Positions 50,730 to 59,313 of a stretch of 64,000 nucleotides of DNA are shown here, piece after piece. Made by a program: the position numbers and the translations under genes. Under the pieces are notes generated by a model. That model worked only from the letters and a program-made list of their open reading frames with translations. It was not told where the DNA came from and did not search any database. The DNA lies in NCBI GenBank assembly GCA_963824995.1, contig CAWGRK010000009.1, forward strand, positions 109,934-173,933. The letters run 5' to 3'. The stretch's first letter is position 1. The number at the start of each line of letters is the position of its first letter. Origin of the DNA: an uncultured Actinomycetes bacterium (lineage in GTDB: Bacteria > Actinomycetota > Acidimicrobiia > Spongiisociales > DATADW01).

Positions 50730-51695
50730 TTGAGCGATGCGGTCGTTGTCGGGGCCGGTGTCTCCGGGCTGAGTTGCGCCATTCGGCTCCTCGAAGCGGG
50801 CATCGAGGCCGAGGTTGTCGCCGCCATCCCCACCGAGAGAACCACGTCATCGGCGGCAGGGGCCATGTGGTACCCGTACCTGGCCGCGCCTCAGCACCTG
50901 GTCCTGGGTTGGGCCCAGACCACGCGGATAGAACTCGACCGCCTTGCCGCCAAGGATCCTGCCATCGGGGTGCGGAGGCAGCGCTTCATAGAGCTTCACC
51001 AAGGGCTGGTTGCCGACCCTTGGTGGGCGCCTGCGGTACCCGGCCTCCGATACGCCCACCCCGACGAGCTACGACCAGGGTTCGGGCATGGCTGGGTCTT
51101 CGACGTCCCCATGGTCCGGACCCCTGTCTACCTGGGATGGCTGCAGCAACGGCTGTCCGAACTCGGAGGGTCGGTCGAGATGCTCGACCAGCCGCTCGAC
51201 CGTCTGCCCGAGGCACCGGTCGTGGTCAACTGCGCCGGGTGGGAGGCGGGGCGGCTCGCCGGGGACGACGAATCGGTGATCCCGACCTCGGGTCAGGTGG
51301 TGGTCGTCGCCAACCCGGGCATCGAGGTGGGCCTGATGGTCGAGCACGGCCACGACGCCCCGCTCTACATCATCCCTCGGGGCGAGGACTGCGTGCTTGG
51401 GGGGACCGCCAACCCATCGGTGTTACCGGGAACGGCACCCGACGAGGAGGTGACCGCGGCCATCATCGAGAAGTGCACCCGACTGGAGCCGGCGTTGCGC
51501 GATGCCACGGTGCTCGACATCAAGATCGGCTTCCGCCCGGTAAGGGAGACGGTGCGGGTCGAGTCGGTCACCCGGGCCGACGGCTCGACCATCGTCCACA
51601 ACTACGGGCACGGCGGCGCCGGCTACACGCTCTCGTGGGGGTGCGCCGAAGTTGCTGCTTCGCTCGTCGCCGAGGCGATCACTCTTCGCGGATGA
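50730..51695 (+). CDS. FAD-dependent D-amino-acid oxidase-like oxidoreductase
   Basis: VVVGAGVSGLSCA dinucleotide fold and the C-terminal HNYGHGGAGYTLSWGCA signature. TTG start. Confidence 0.8.
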   Translation: MSDAVVVGAGVSGLSCAIRLLEAGIEAEVVAAIPTERTTSSAAGAMWYPYLAAPQHLVLGWAQTTRIELDRLAAKDPAIGVRRQRFIELHQGLVADPWWAPAVPGLRYAHPDELRPGFGHGWVFDVPMVRTPVYLGWLQQRLSELGGSVEMLDQPLDRLPEAPVVVNCAGWEAGRLAGDDESVIPTSGQVVVVANPGIEVGLMVEHGHDAPLYIIPRGEDCVLGGTANPSVLPGTAPDEEVTAAIIEKCTRLEPALRDATVLDIKIGFRPVRETVRVESVTRADGSTIVHNYGHGGAGYTLSWGCAEVAASLVAEAITLRG

Positions 51696-52935
51696 CGGCA
51701 ACCGTGGGAGGAGGAGGTATCGAAGGTTCCTCGGGTGGCGGTGGTGGCTCCGCAGCAGCCAGCATCTCGGCCTCCATGGAGGCTACCTCCTCGGGGAAGG
51801 GCTCGAGGTCCCAGAGCCGGGCCCAGAGGAATCTCGCCACCTCCCTCCCTGTTGCCACGGCAGGGACCGCCAACAACCCGCCGAGGACGCCGAATGCCCC
51901 GAACATGGCCACGACGCTTATCAGCACCACAAGCGGCGGCAGCGAAACGGCCCTCCCCTGAACCTTGGGGACCAGGAGGATGCCCTCGATCTGCTGCATC
52001 ACCATGTAGATCCCGATCACGATCAGCGCAATGATCCAATTGGGGAGCGGGATCCAGGTCGAGCCCTGGGTGATCGCAACGATCACGCCGGGAACCGCAG
52101 CGATTATCGGTCCGAAGGTCGGGATGAAATCGAAGAAGAACATGAGCACGCCAAGGAACAGTGCTCCCGGAATCCCCGCCGCCCACAGCCCCAGCCCGGT
52201 CAACAGGCCCACCGCCGCCGCCACTGCCGCCTGACCCAGCAGATATTGCGTCCACACCTTCTTGACCCGCCTCCCCAGCAGCCTCGGCTCGACGTCGTGG
52301 GGCGGAGGGAAGAGGTCGTCCAACCCGGAAACCAGCCTGGGCCCTGCGGAGGTCATGTAGAGGGCAATGGCGATGGTGAGGAACAGGAATGCGATAGCGC
52401 CCACGAGGAATCCCAGGAATCCGAAGGTGGCACTGAGTGCGCCACCAAGCATGTTGCCCAGGAAGTCGACCGGGACTGAAATGCCGCCACCGCCCCCGCC
52501 GCCCCCGGTGCCCTCGAGGGCGTCGATGATCGGGTCGACCATCGTCGCCAGGTTGATGTTCATCCCGAACAGGTCGAGTTGGCGCATGTTGTTCAGCGTC
52601 TCGATCGCCCAAGCAGTCAGGTCTTCGAGCAACGCCACCCAGTCGATCGAGGCGAAAGACGATGCGAAGGCGGGGATCCCGACGGCGAAGATCAGTACGA
52701 GCAGCACCACCAAGGTGACGTAGCTGACAAGCACCGCCAGCCACATGGGGAAGTGAACCCGCTCGTGGAGCAACTTCACGAGGGGGGCGACGATGAAGGC
52801 GATGAGCGAGCCGAGAACCAGTGGTGCGATGACGGGCTGCGCCAGCCACACGACCGCCAGCAGGGCGAGGACCATCGAGATGATGACGATCCGCTTGGTG
52901 TTGGGGCTCCATCGCTGTGATGGCGGGGCGGTCAC
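51679..52935 (-). CDS. AI-2E family transporter (PerM/UPF0118)
   Basis: Eight hydrophobic helices, with FFDFIPTFGPIIAAVP and QQIEGILLVPKVQG. Confidence 0.85.
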   Translation of the reverse strand: MTAPPSQRWSPNTKRIVIISMVLALLAVVWLAQPVIAPLVLGSLIAFIVAPLVKLLHERVHFPMWLAVLVSYVTLVVLLVLIFAVGIPAFASSFASIDWVALLEDLTAWAIETLNNMRQLDLFGMNINLATMVDPIIDALEGTGGGGGGGGISVPVDFLGNMLGGALSATFGFLGFLVGAIAFLFLTIAIALYMTSAGPRLVSGLDDLFPPPHDVEPRLLGRRVKKVWTQYLLGQAAVAAAVGLLTGLGLWAAGIPGALFLGVLMFFFDFIPTFGPIIAAVPGVIVAITQGSTWIPLPNWIIALIVIGIYMVMQQIEGILLVPKVQGRAVSLPPLVVLISVVAMFGAFGVLGGLLAVPAVATGREVARFLWARLWDLEPFPEEVASMEAEMLAAAEPPPPPEEPSIPPPPTVAVIREE

Positions 52936-52970
52936 ATGATCAAGCTACCTCCCCACCAGATAACCGTCGT

Positions 52971-53597
52971 TCACATGAGACATGCGGGGATGAGCGCCGG
53001 CACCAGCCTGTCGGCGCGGCCGAGGTCCTCCATCGTATAGCGGCCTCTCACCACCGCCACCACCGTCATACCCGCCGCCCTGGCGGCGGCGATCCCTGCT
53101 GGGGTGTCCTCGACCACGAAACAGATCTCGGGGTGCGATCCCAGTCGTCGTGCGGCCTCGATGAAGATGTCGGGTGCCGGTTTCGCATTCTCCACCTCGT
53201 CACCGGCGACCGTGACATCGAAGATGGCGTCGAGACCGGTGACGGCGAGGGCGCGGTCGAGACGGCGCCGGCGCGATGATGAGGCGACAGCGAGCGGAAC
53301 CCCGAGACCGGCGAGATGTTCGGCCGTGTCCACGGCATCGTCGAAAGTCGTCAGGCCGGCGAACAACCCGTCGACGACCTCCCCGAGCCGATCCAGGGTC
53401 ACCTCCTCACCAGCGTGCAGACCCCGATCTGCGGCAAGCCGGTAGACGTCCGTATCTGTCCGACCGGTCAGACCTTGCTCGTCCTCGGCTGTGAGTTCGA
53501 TCCCGTGCGGGGCAAGGACTTCGCGCCATGCCCGCCAGGCCAGGTCCTCGGAATCGACCAGCACCCCGTCGCAATCGAATATGACGGGTCTCGTCAC
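52971..53597 (-). CDS. HAD-superfamily hydrolase (beta-phosphoglucomutase-like subfamily)
   Basis: VIFDCDGVLVDSE (motif I), AVASSS (motif II), FVVEDTPAGIAAA (motif IV). Confidence 0.8.
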   Translation of the reverse strand: MTRPVIFDCDGVLVDSEDLAWRAWREVLAPHGIELTAEDEQGLTGRTDTDVYRLAADRGLHAGEEVTLDRLGEVVDGLFAGLTTFDDAVDTAEHLAGLGVPLAVASSSRRRRLDRALAVTGLDAIFDVTVAGDEVENAKPAPDIFIEAARRLGSHPEICFVVEDTPAGIAAARAAGMTVVAVVRGRYTMEDLGRADRLVPALIPACLM

Positions 53598-55042
53598 GAG
53601 GCGATGTGTGTTCGCACCAGTTCGGTGACAAGTCTCGGATCGGCCTTGCCCCTGGAGGCCTTCATCACCTGACCCACCAGGAAACCGACCACCTTCGCCT
53701 CACCGTCCCGGGCCCGGGCCACCTCGTCGGGATGCGCGGCCAGCACCCTGGTCACCTCGGTCTCCACCTCGGAACGGTCGCTCACCTGGAGCAGATCCCT
53801 GCCGTTCGCCACCTCCTCGGGGCGGCCTTCACCGGCTATGACGCCGGCGAGCACCTCCTTGGCGGCGGAGGAGGAGAGCTTTCCGCCACCCACCAGGTCG
53901 CTGAGCTCGGCCATGGCATCGGCGTCGAGCCCGGTCTCCGTCAAGTTCAGGCCCTCCCGCCTGAGATGCGCCCTGATGTCGCCGGTCAGCCAGTTGGCAG
54001 CCAACCGCGGGTCTGCGCCGATCGCCGTCGATGCGTCGAACAACTGGGCGAGCCCGTCGGTCGAGGCCGACAGCGCCGCCGCCACCTGCGGCTCCACTCC
54101 GAGTTCGCGGTAGCGGAGCAGCCGGGCAGCGGGCAGCTCGGGGAGGTTCTCGGCGATTCTCGTCTTCCACTCGTCGTCAACAACCACCGGGACCAGGTCG
54201 GGCTCGGGGAAGTAGCGGTAGTCCGAGGACTCTTCCTTGCTCCGCATGCCGTGGGTGACCCCGGCCTCCTCGTCCCAGTGACGGGTCTCCTGGACGACCA
54301 CGACCCCCGAGTCGAGCATCCTCCGCTGCCTTTCGATCTCGTGGTCTAGGGCGCGCTCCAGAGAGCGGAAGGAGTTCATGTTCTTCACCTCGACCTTGGT
54401 ACCGAGGGCATCGGTCCCCTGCTGGCGCAGCGAGACATTGGCATCGAACCGGATGCTGCCCTCTTCCAGCCTGGCGTCGGAGGCGCCCACCGCCAGCACT
54501 AGCGAGCGGAGTTGCTGGGCGTAGACGCGCGCCATCGCCGGGGACTGGATGTCGGGCTCGGAGACGACTTCTGCCAGCGGCACACCTGCCCGGTTGAAGT
54601 CGAGCAAAGTGCTGGCGGCGGCGTGGATCCGTCCACCGGCGCCGACGTGAATGCTCTTCCCGGTGTCTTCCTCCATGTGGGCGCGGTGGATCCTGACCCT
54701 GGTTGGTGTGCCATCGAGTTCGACGTCGAGATGGCCCCCCAGACACACCGGGACGTCGTACTGCGAGATCTGGTAGTTCTTGGGCATGTCGGCGTAGAAG
54801 TAGTTCTTGCGGTGGAACATCGAGCGGGGCATCACTTCGCTCTGCAGCGCCAGGCCGATCGCCACGAGCAACTCGATGGCGCGCTCGTTGGGCACAGGAA
54901 GTGCACCGGGGAGACCAAGGCATACCGGGCAGATGTCGGTGTTGGGCGGCGCTCCGAACCGGACCCGGCACCCGCAGAACATCTTCGACGCCGTGGCCAA
55001 CTCCACGTGCGTCTCCACCCCGATGACCGGCTCCCAGGTCAC
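53594..55042 (-). CDS. gatB: Asp/Glu-tRNA amidotransferase subunit B
   Basis: WEPVIGVETHVEL..KMFCGC...CPVCLGLPGALP, full length. Confidence 0.95.
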   Translation of the reverse strand: MTWEPVIGVETHVELATASKMFCGCRVRFGAPPNTDICPVCLGLPGALPVPNERAIELLVAIGLALQSEVMPRSMFHRKNYFYADMPKNYQISQYDVPVCLGGHLDVELDGTPTRVRIHRAHMEEDTGKSIHVGAGGRIHAAASTLLDFNRAGVPLAEVVSEPDIQSPAMARVYAQQLRSLVLAVGASDARLEEGSIRFDANVSLRQQGTDALGTKVEVKNMNSFRSLERALDHEIERQRRMLDSGVVVVQETRHWDEEAGVTHGMRSKEESSDYRYFPEPDLVPVVVDDEWKTRIAENLPELPAARLLRYRELGVEPQVAAALSASTDGLAQLFDASTAIGADPRLAANWLTGDIRAHLRREGLNLTETGLDADAMAELSDLVGGGKLSSSAAKEVLAGVIAGEGRPEEVANGRDLLQVSDRSEVETEVTRVLAAHPDEVARARDGEAKVVGFLVGQVMKASRGKADPRLVTELVRTHIAS

Positions 55043-56514
55043 GACGCCACCGGCTCGACGATCGGGCGCCCCATGACGCCGCCTATGCGCTCCACCGCAC
55101 CTGCCACCCGGAAGAGCACGGCCTCACCGAGCGCCGGCGCCATCACCTGGAACCCGATGGGCAGCCCGTTGCCGTCCGCGCCGGAAGGGACCGATATGGC
55201 GGGATGCCCGGCCAGGTTCGAGGGGATCGTGCAGACATCGCTCATGTACATGGTGAGCGGGTCCTGGGTCTTGGCACCGAGCGGGAAGGCAACGGTTGGT
55301 GATGTCGGCGACACCAGTGCGTCAAGACGCCCGTATGCGTCCTCGAACTCACCGATCAGCAGGGTTCTCGCCCGTTGCGCCTGACCGTAGAAGGCGTCGT
55401 AATAGCCGGCGGAGAGAGCGTAGGTGCCGAGGAGGACGCGCCTGGTCACCTCGGGACCGAAGCCCTCGGCCCTGGTACGCGCCATCATCTGCTCCGCAGT
55501 GGCCCCATCGACTCGTAGTCCGTACCGCACACCGTCGAACCGGGCGAGGTTGGATGAAGCCTCGGCGGGAGCTATGAGGTAGTAGATGCTCACGGCCTCG
55601 GCGGCGGTGGGAAGTGAGACCTCCTCGATGACCGCCCCCTCCGAGGCGAGGCCGTCGAGCGTGGCGCGGAACGAGTCGGCGACCTCGGCATCGATGCCCT
55701 CACTGGAAAGTTCGGTGACCACCCCGATGCGAAGCCCCTCCACCCCGCCCTCGATCGTGCCTTCAAGGCCCGGCGGATCTCCGCGGTAGCTGGTGGCGTC
55801 GGCCGGGTCGTGACCCCAGATGGCCTCGAGGAGGAGGGCGGCGTCCTCGACCGTCCGGCCGATTGGCCCGATCTGATCGAGCGACGAGGCGAAGGCGACC
55901 AACCCGTAGCGGCTCACCAGCCCATAGGTCGGTTTCATCCCGACGACACCACACAGCGATGCCGGCTGGCGGATCGAGCCCCCGGTGTCGGATCCGAGTC
56001 CGGCGATCGCCGACCCCACCGCCACCGCCGCGGCGGCACCACCCGAGGAGCCTCCCGGGACCCGTTCTGGGTCCCAAGGGTTGCGCGTCGGCCCATAGGC
56101 GGAGTTCTCGGTGGACGACCCCATGGCGAACTCGTCCAGGTTCGCCTTCCCGGTGATCACCGCACCCTGCCGGCGCAGGCTGGCGACCACCGTGGCGTCG
56201 TACGGGGGCCGGTACCCGGCCAATATCTGCGAGCCGCAAGTCGTCTCCACGCCGTGGGTGCACATGTTGTCCTTGAGCACCACCGGGATCCCGAGAAGCG
56301 GGCCGGGGTCCTCACCCGCCGCCAGCGCTCGATCGGCTTCGGCGGCGGCACTCCGCGCCCCCGCGTGGTCGATGCGGAGATAACAGTGGAGCTGCGCCTC
56401 GGTGAGAGTGGCCCGGGTGAGGACGGCATCGAGCAGTTCTACGGCGGTCAGATCACCCGACCGCAGCGCCCGGCCCGCATCGGCCAGGGTGAGGTCGGCA
56501 GGCGAATCCATCAT
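55039..56514 (-). CDS. gatA: Asp/Glu-tRNA amidotransferase subunit A
   Basis: Amidase signature GKANLDEFAMGSSTENSAYGPTRNPWD..VPGGSSGGAAAAVA. Confidence 0.95.
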   Translation of the reverse strand: MMDSPADLTLADAGRALRSGDLTAVELLDAVLTRATLTEAQLHCYLRIDHAGARSAAAEADRALAAGEDPGPLLGIPVVLKDNMCTHGVETTCGSQILAGYRPPYDATVVASLRRQGAVITGKANLDEFAMGSSTENSAYGPTRNPWDPERVPGGSSGGAAAAVAVGSAIAGLGSDTGGSIRQPASLCGVVGMKPTYGLVSRYGLVAFASSLDQIGPIGRTVEDAALLLEAIWGHDPADATSYRGDPPGLEGTIEGGVEGLRIGVVTELSSEGIDAEVADSFRATLDGLASEGAVIEEVSLPTAAEAVSIYYLIAPAEASSNLARFDGVRYGLRVDGATAEQMMARTRAEGFGPEVTRRVLLGTYALSAGYYDAFYGQAQRARTLLIGEFEDAYGRLDALVSPTSPTVAFPLGAKTQDPLTMYMSDVCTIPSNLAGHPAISVPSGADGNGLPIGFQVMAPALGEAVLFRVAGAVERIGGVMGRPIVEPVAS

Positions 56515-56801
56515 GGTGTTCCCAGGGCTGGAGGCACCCGGAAAAACCGGTCCTCACGGTCGGGTGCAGCGGCGAGCACCTCTTCGTGGTCGAGCGGGTC
56601 ATCCGCCTCGTCAGGTCGGAAGCTGTTGACCAGGGGGAGGGGGTGAGCCGTCGGCTCGACACCGTCGGTTGGCAGCGCCTGCACCCGGGCGGCGTGTTCG
56701 AGGATCACACCCAACTGCTCTTCGTAACGACGCAATGAGTCCCCGTCGAGATCGATGCGCGCCAGACGAGCGACGTGGGCGATGTCTATCTCGATCGGCA
56801 T
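56511..56801 (-). CDS. gatC: Asp/Glu-tRNA amidotransferase subunit C
   Basis: IAHVARLARIDL...LGVILEHAARVQ, 96 aa, ATGA-coupled to gatA. Confidence 0.9.
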   Translation of the reverse strand: MPIEIDIAHVARLARIDLDGDSLRRYEEQLGVILEHAARVQALPTDGVEPTAHPLPLVNSFRPDEADDPLDHEEVLAAAPDREDRFFRVPPALGTP

Positions 56802-56813
56802 GGCGAGCGAGTC

Positions 56814-56851
56814 TAAGACGGAAGCCGGAAGACGGAAGACGGAAGCAAACC
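56814..56851 (-). repeat. Heptamer-repeat element, diverged copy E5 (GGTTTGCTTC CGTCTTC CGTCTTC CGGCTTC CGTCTTA on minus strand)
   Basis: Read directly from the sequence. It ends 12 nt upstream of the gatC ATG. Confidence 0.65.
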
Positions 56852-56859
56852 CGTGAACC

Positions 56860-56904
56860 TAAGGAGTAAAAGGGCTTGACTCCTTATGCTGTCAGTGGCA
56901 TACT
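56860..56904 (+). promoter_or_regulatory. Sigma-70-type promoter (TTGACT-17 nt-CATACT) overlapped by inverted repeat TAAGGAGT/ACTCCTTA
   Basis: -35 at 56876-56881 and -10 at 56899-56904, in a locally AT-rich island. The 8-bp perfect inverted-repeat arms are at 56860-56867 and 56879-56886. Confidence 0.5.
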
Positions 56905-56970
56905 GATATTGACACTGATGCAACCAGACGAGGCCCTAAGGGGTTCTTGCCGGTAGAGGAGGAGAGAGAC

Positions 56971-57090
56971 ATGCAGTACCTAACGCCGGAGATGGCAAGG
57001 GCACTGACCGACTCGTTCCGGGAAATGGCCGAGAAGGACCGACTGGTACGGCGAGTGCGCCGTTACCTTCGCAGCGAGAGGAGGGCCTGA
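56971..57090 (+). CDS. Small ORF, 39 aa (MQYLTPEMARALTDSFREMAEKDRLVRRVRRYLRSERRA)
   Basis: GAGGAGGAGAGAGAC directly precedes ATG 56971. The stop overlaps the next ATG (TGATG). It is too short to appear in the ORF track. Confidence 0.4.
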   Translation: MQYLTPEMARALTDSFREMAEKDRLVRRVRRYLRSERRA

Positions 57091-57275
57091 TGTTCGCCCC
57101 CTACTGCCCGTTCCACCGATCCCGGGTGTTGCTGGGAGTCGACGCAATCGAGTCCCTGCGTCACACGGGCCACGGATTCGAGATTGACTACCACTGCCTG
57201 TGCGGTTATCGGGGGACCTGGCGGCCAAAGCCGGCCAGGAGCCGGATGAGCGGACACGTCGCCGCCGATTTGTGA
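57090..57275 (+). CDS. Small Cys/His-rich protein, 61 aa (possible zinc ribbon)
   Basis: MFAPYCPFH...YHCLCG provides four potential metal ligands. It is translationally coupled to the upstream sORF. Confidence 0.5.
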   Translation: MFAPYCPFHRSRVLLGVDAIESLRHTGHGFEIDYHCLCGYRGTWRPKPARSRMSGHVAADL

Positions 57276-57314
57276 GAATCTGCGGGCACACGGCGCCGGA
57301 TCTGAGGACGCAGG

Positions 57315-57866
57315 ATGAGTGAGCCCGCTCCTGGCAGGCTGGAACTGCTCGAGCAGTTCGTCAATTACGTGGATCCGGAGACGGATGAAGACGACTGGGC
57401 GACACCCGACAAGTTGTCCGAATGGATGGTCGACAACGGATTGCTCGCTCGGGGGACCGTGTTGACCCCAGCGGACCTAGAGCGTGCCACAGCGTTGCGC
57501 GAGGCGGTTAGAGAGTTGGGCCGGGTCAACGACGGCTTCGAGCCGGACCGGGAGTTGCTGGCGCCGCTGGCACGCGAGGCGTGGGATGCTCCGATCGGGT
57601 TCCTGGTCAGCCCCGACGGGCACTCCGCTCTCGGCCCTCTCGGTGAGGGGCTCGACGGTGCCCTTGGCACCGTGCTCGCCGTCCTGGCCACGGCTTCTGC
57701 CGACGGCAGTTGGGAGCGGATGAAGGTGTGCCGCAACGATGAGTGCGCCTGGCTGTTCTATGACCGCTCCAAGAACCGATCACGCCATTGGTGCGCCGCC
57801 AACCCTTGCGGCAACCTGGTGAACGCCCGTGCCTACCGGGCACGGCAGCGAGCCACTTCCGATTGA
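57315..57866 (+). CDS. CGNR zinc-finger (ABATE domain) protein
   Basis: LELLEQFVNY.. in the N-terminal domain. The C-terminal MKVCRNDECAWLFYDRSKNRSRHWCAANPCGNLVNARAYRARQ matches zf-CGNR. Confidence 0.8.
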   Translation: MSEPAPGRLELLEQFVNYVDPETDEDDWATPDKLSEWMVDNGLLARGTVLTPADLERATALREAVRELGRVNDGFEPDRELLAPLAREAWDAPIGFLVSPDGHSALGPLGEGLDGALGTVLAVLATASADGSWERMKVCRNDECAWLFYDRSKNRSRHWCAANPCGNLVNARAYRARQRATSD

Positions 57867-58189
57867 GACCTCCCGGCGAGCCGGTCAAGCGATCCTCGCT
57901 CCGGCCGGCATTGGGTGTCATCGCCGTCGTCCTCGTCGTCGGCGGTCTGGCATTGTTCCTCTGGCCGGGGATACCAGTCGAGTCACAGGTGACCGGAGGG
58001 CTCGTGGCCAGATCCGGTGCGATGCTCGGTGCGGTCTGGTTCGCCTGGCCGGTGCTGACCAACGTCCGGCCGTGGGTAGCGGTCGTGCTGGTGATGGTCC
58101 TCGGTGTCACCGTCATCCGGCCGATGCTCCTGCTGGTGGCGATCCCAGCGGTCCTGATAATCGGCTACCTGGGACGCCGCAGCCGATGA
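57863..58189 (+). CDS. Small membrane protein (3 predicted TM helices)
   Basis: TTG 57863 overlaps the CGNR stop (TTGA). Helices ALGVIAVVLVVGGLALFLW, AMLGAVWFAWPVL and WVAVVLVMVLGVTVIRPMLLLVAIPAVLIIGYL. Confidence 0.5.
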   Translation: MRPPGEPVKRSSLRPALGVIAVVLVVGGLALFLWPGIPVESQVTGGLVARSGAMLGAVWFAWPVLTNVRPWVAVVLVMVLGVTVIRPMLLLVAIPAVLIIGYLGRRSR

Positions 58190-58202
58190 CGGCGGCGAAG
58201 GC

Positions 58203-59156
58203 TCAGCGGATGGCGATGACGACCCTGCGGTGGGGGAACGACGCCTGCCGTTCCCACGCGCCATCGACCTGGTCGAGTGGGAAGACCTCGTGCTCGACAC
58301 GCAACTCGCCCGCCTCGAGACCCGCCAGCACATCGCGGTAAGCGGCGACCTTGTCGGTCATGTCGGTCCAACCCGATGAGAGCCCGATAACGGCGGTTCG
58401 GTACTGGCGCATCGACGCCAGCGGCAACTCGACATCGGTCCCCGCCACGTTTCCGACGTTGACCAGTCGGCCATGGTGGGCCAGCGCCGATATCGCCTCC
58501 ATGGCCGGTGCTCCCCACAACATGTCCACCACCACGTCGATGCGCCCACCGGCGGCGTCCACGAGGGTCCGAGCGAGGTCGTCGTCGATGGTCAGAGGAA
58601 CCGCCCCGAAACCGGCTACCAAGTCGAGCGCCGCCGCATCGCGTCCGACCGCCACCACCACGGAAGCCCCTCCTGCACGGGCAAGCTGCACCGCCATCTG
58701 ACCAACCCCTCCGGTCGCCCCGAGCACGGCGACTCGCTCACCGGGCACGAACCCGGCACGTTGCAGAGCGAGACGGGCGGTGACACCCACCACGCCCGCC
58801 GCCGCCGCCAGGGAATCGGGGACGTTGCCCGGCAGTTCGACAAGGGTCTCCTCGTCCACGGCGGCCATCTCGGCGAGGACACCGGTCGAGCCCGAACCCG
58901 GCAGGTCACCCTCAAACCGCACCCGCGTTCCCGGTGCGAACTGTGAGGAGCGCACCACGGTTCCGGCGCCCTCCAGACCGGGGACGTAGGGAACCTGCGG
59001 TGGTTGTGGCATCCGGCCCGCCGCCACCCGCAACTCGACCGGGTTGAGCGCCGCCGCAGACACCCCGACCAGCGCCTTTCCCTCCCCCGCTTCGGGTTCC
59101 TCGACCTCCCCCACCCGCGGCGGAGCCCCCACCTCGCTGACAATCGCTGCCCTCAA
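58203..59156 (-). CDS. Zinc-type alcohol dehydrogenase/quinone oxidoreductase family (MDR) protein
   Basis: TTG 59156 lies 5 nt after GGGAGG. Motifs LRAAIVSEVGAPP..., VLGATGGVGQMAVQLAR and WERQASFPHRRVVIAI. The upstream 84 codons of the long ORF were rejected. Confidence 0.8.
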   Translation of the reverse strand: MRAAIVSEVGAPPRVGEVEEPEAGEGKALVGVSAAALNPVELRVAAGRMPQPPQVPYVPGLEGAGTVVRSSQFAPGTRVRFEGDLPGSGSTGVLAEMAAVDEETLVELPGNVPDSLAAAAGVVGVTARLALQRAGFVPGERVAVLGATGGVGQMAVQLARAGGASVVVAVGRDAAALDLVAGFGAVPLTIDDDLARTLVDAAGGRIDVVVDMLWGAPAMEAISALAHHGRLVNVGNVAGTDVELPLASMRQYRTAVIGLSSGWTDMTDKVAAYRDVLAGLEAGELRVEHEVFPLDQVDGAWERQASFPHRRVVIAIR

Positions 59157-59233
59157 CTCAACCTCCCGAGAATTGATACCAAGAGCTTCGATGTTGGCAT
59201 GCGCCGAAAACTCCGCGACCGAGGGCTGGGAGA

Positions 59234-59270
59234 ATTGGCCGCCGTCCGCCGTCCGCCGTCCGCCGTCTAG
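59234..59270 (+). repeat. Heptamer-repeat element copy E4 (ATTGGCCGC CGTCCGC CGTCCGC CGTCCGC CGTCTAG)
   Basis: Read directly from the sequence. It ends 43 nt upstream of the glgA ATG and is nearly identical to E3. Confidence 0.8.
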
Positions 59271-59313
59271 CTTCGCATCGGATGCGATCTGCCTTCTCCG
59301 CCGGGAACAACCA

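Noticed and set aside
56909-56914. Second perfect TTGACA hexamer downstream of the called promoter.
   Set aside because: There is no acceptable -10 hexamer 16-19 nt downstream. It lies within the predicted 5' leader of the sORF operon.
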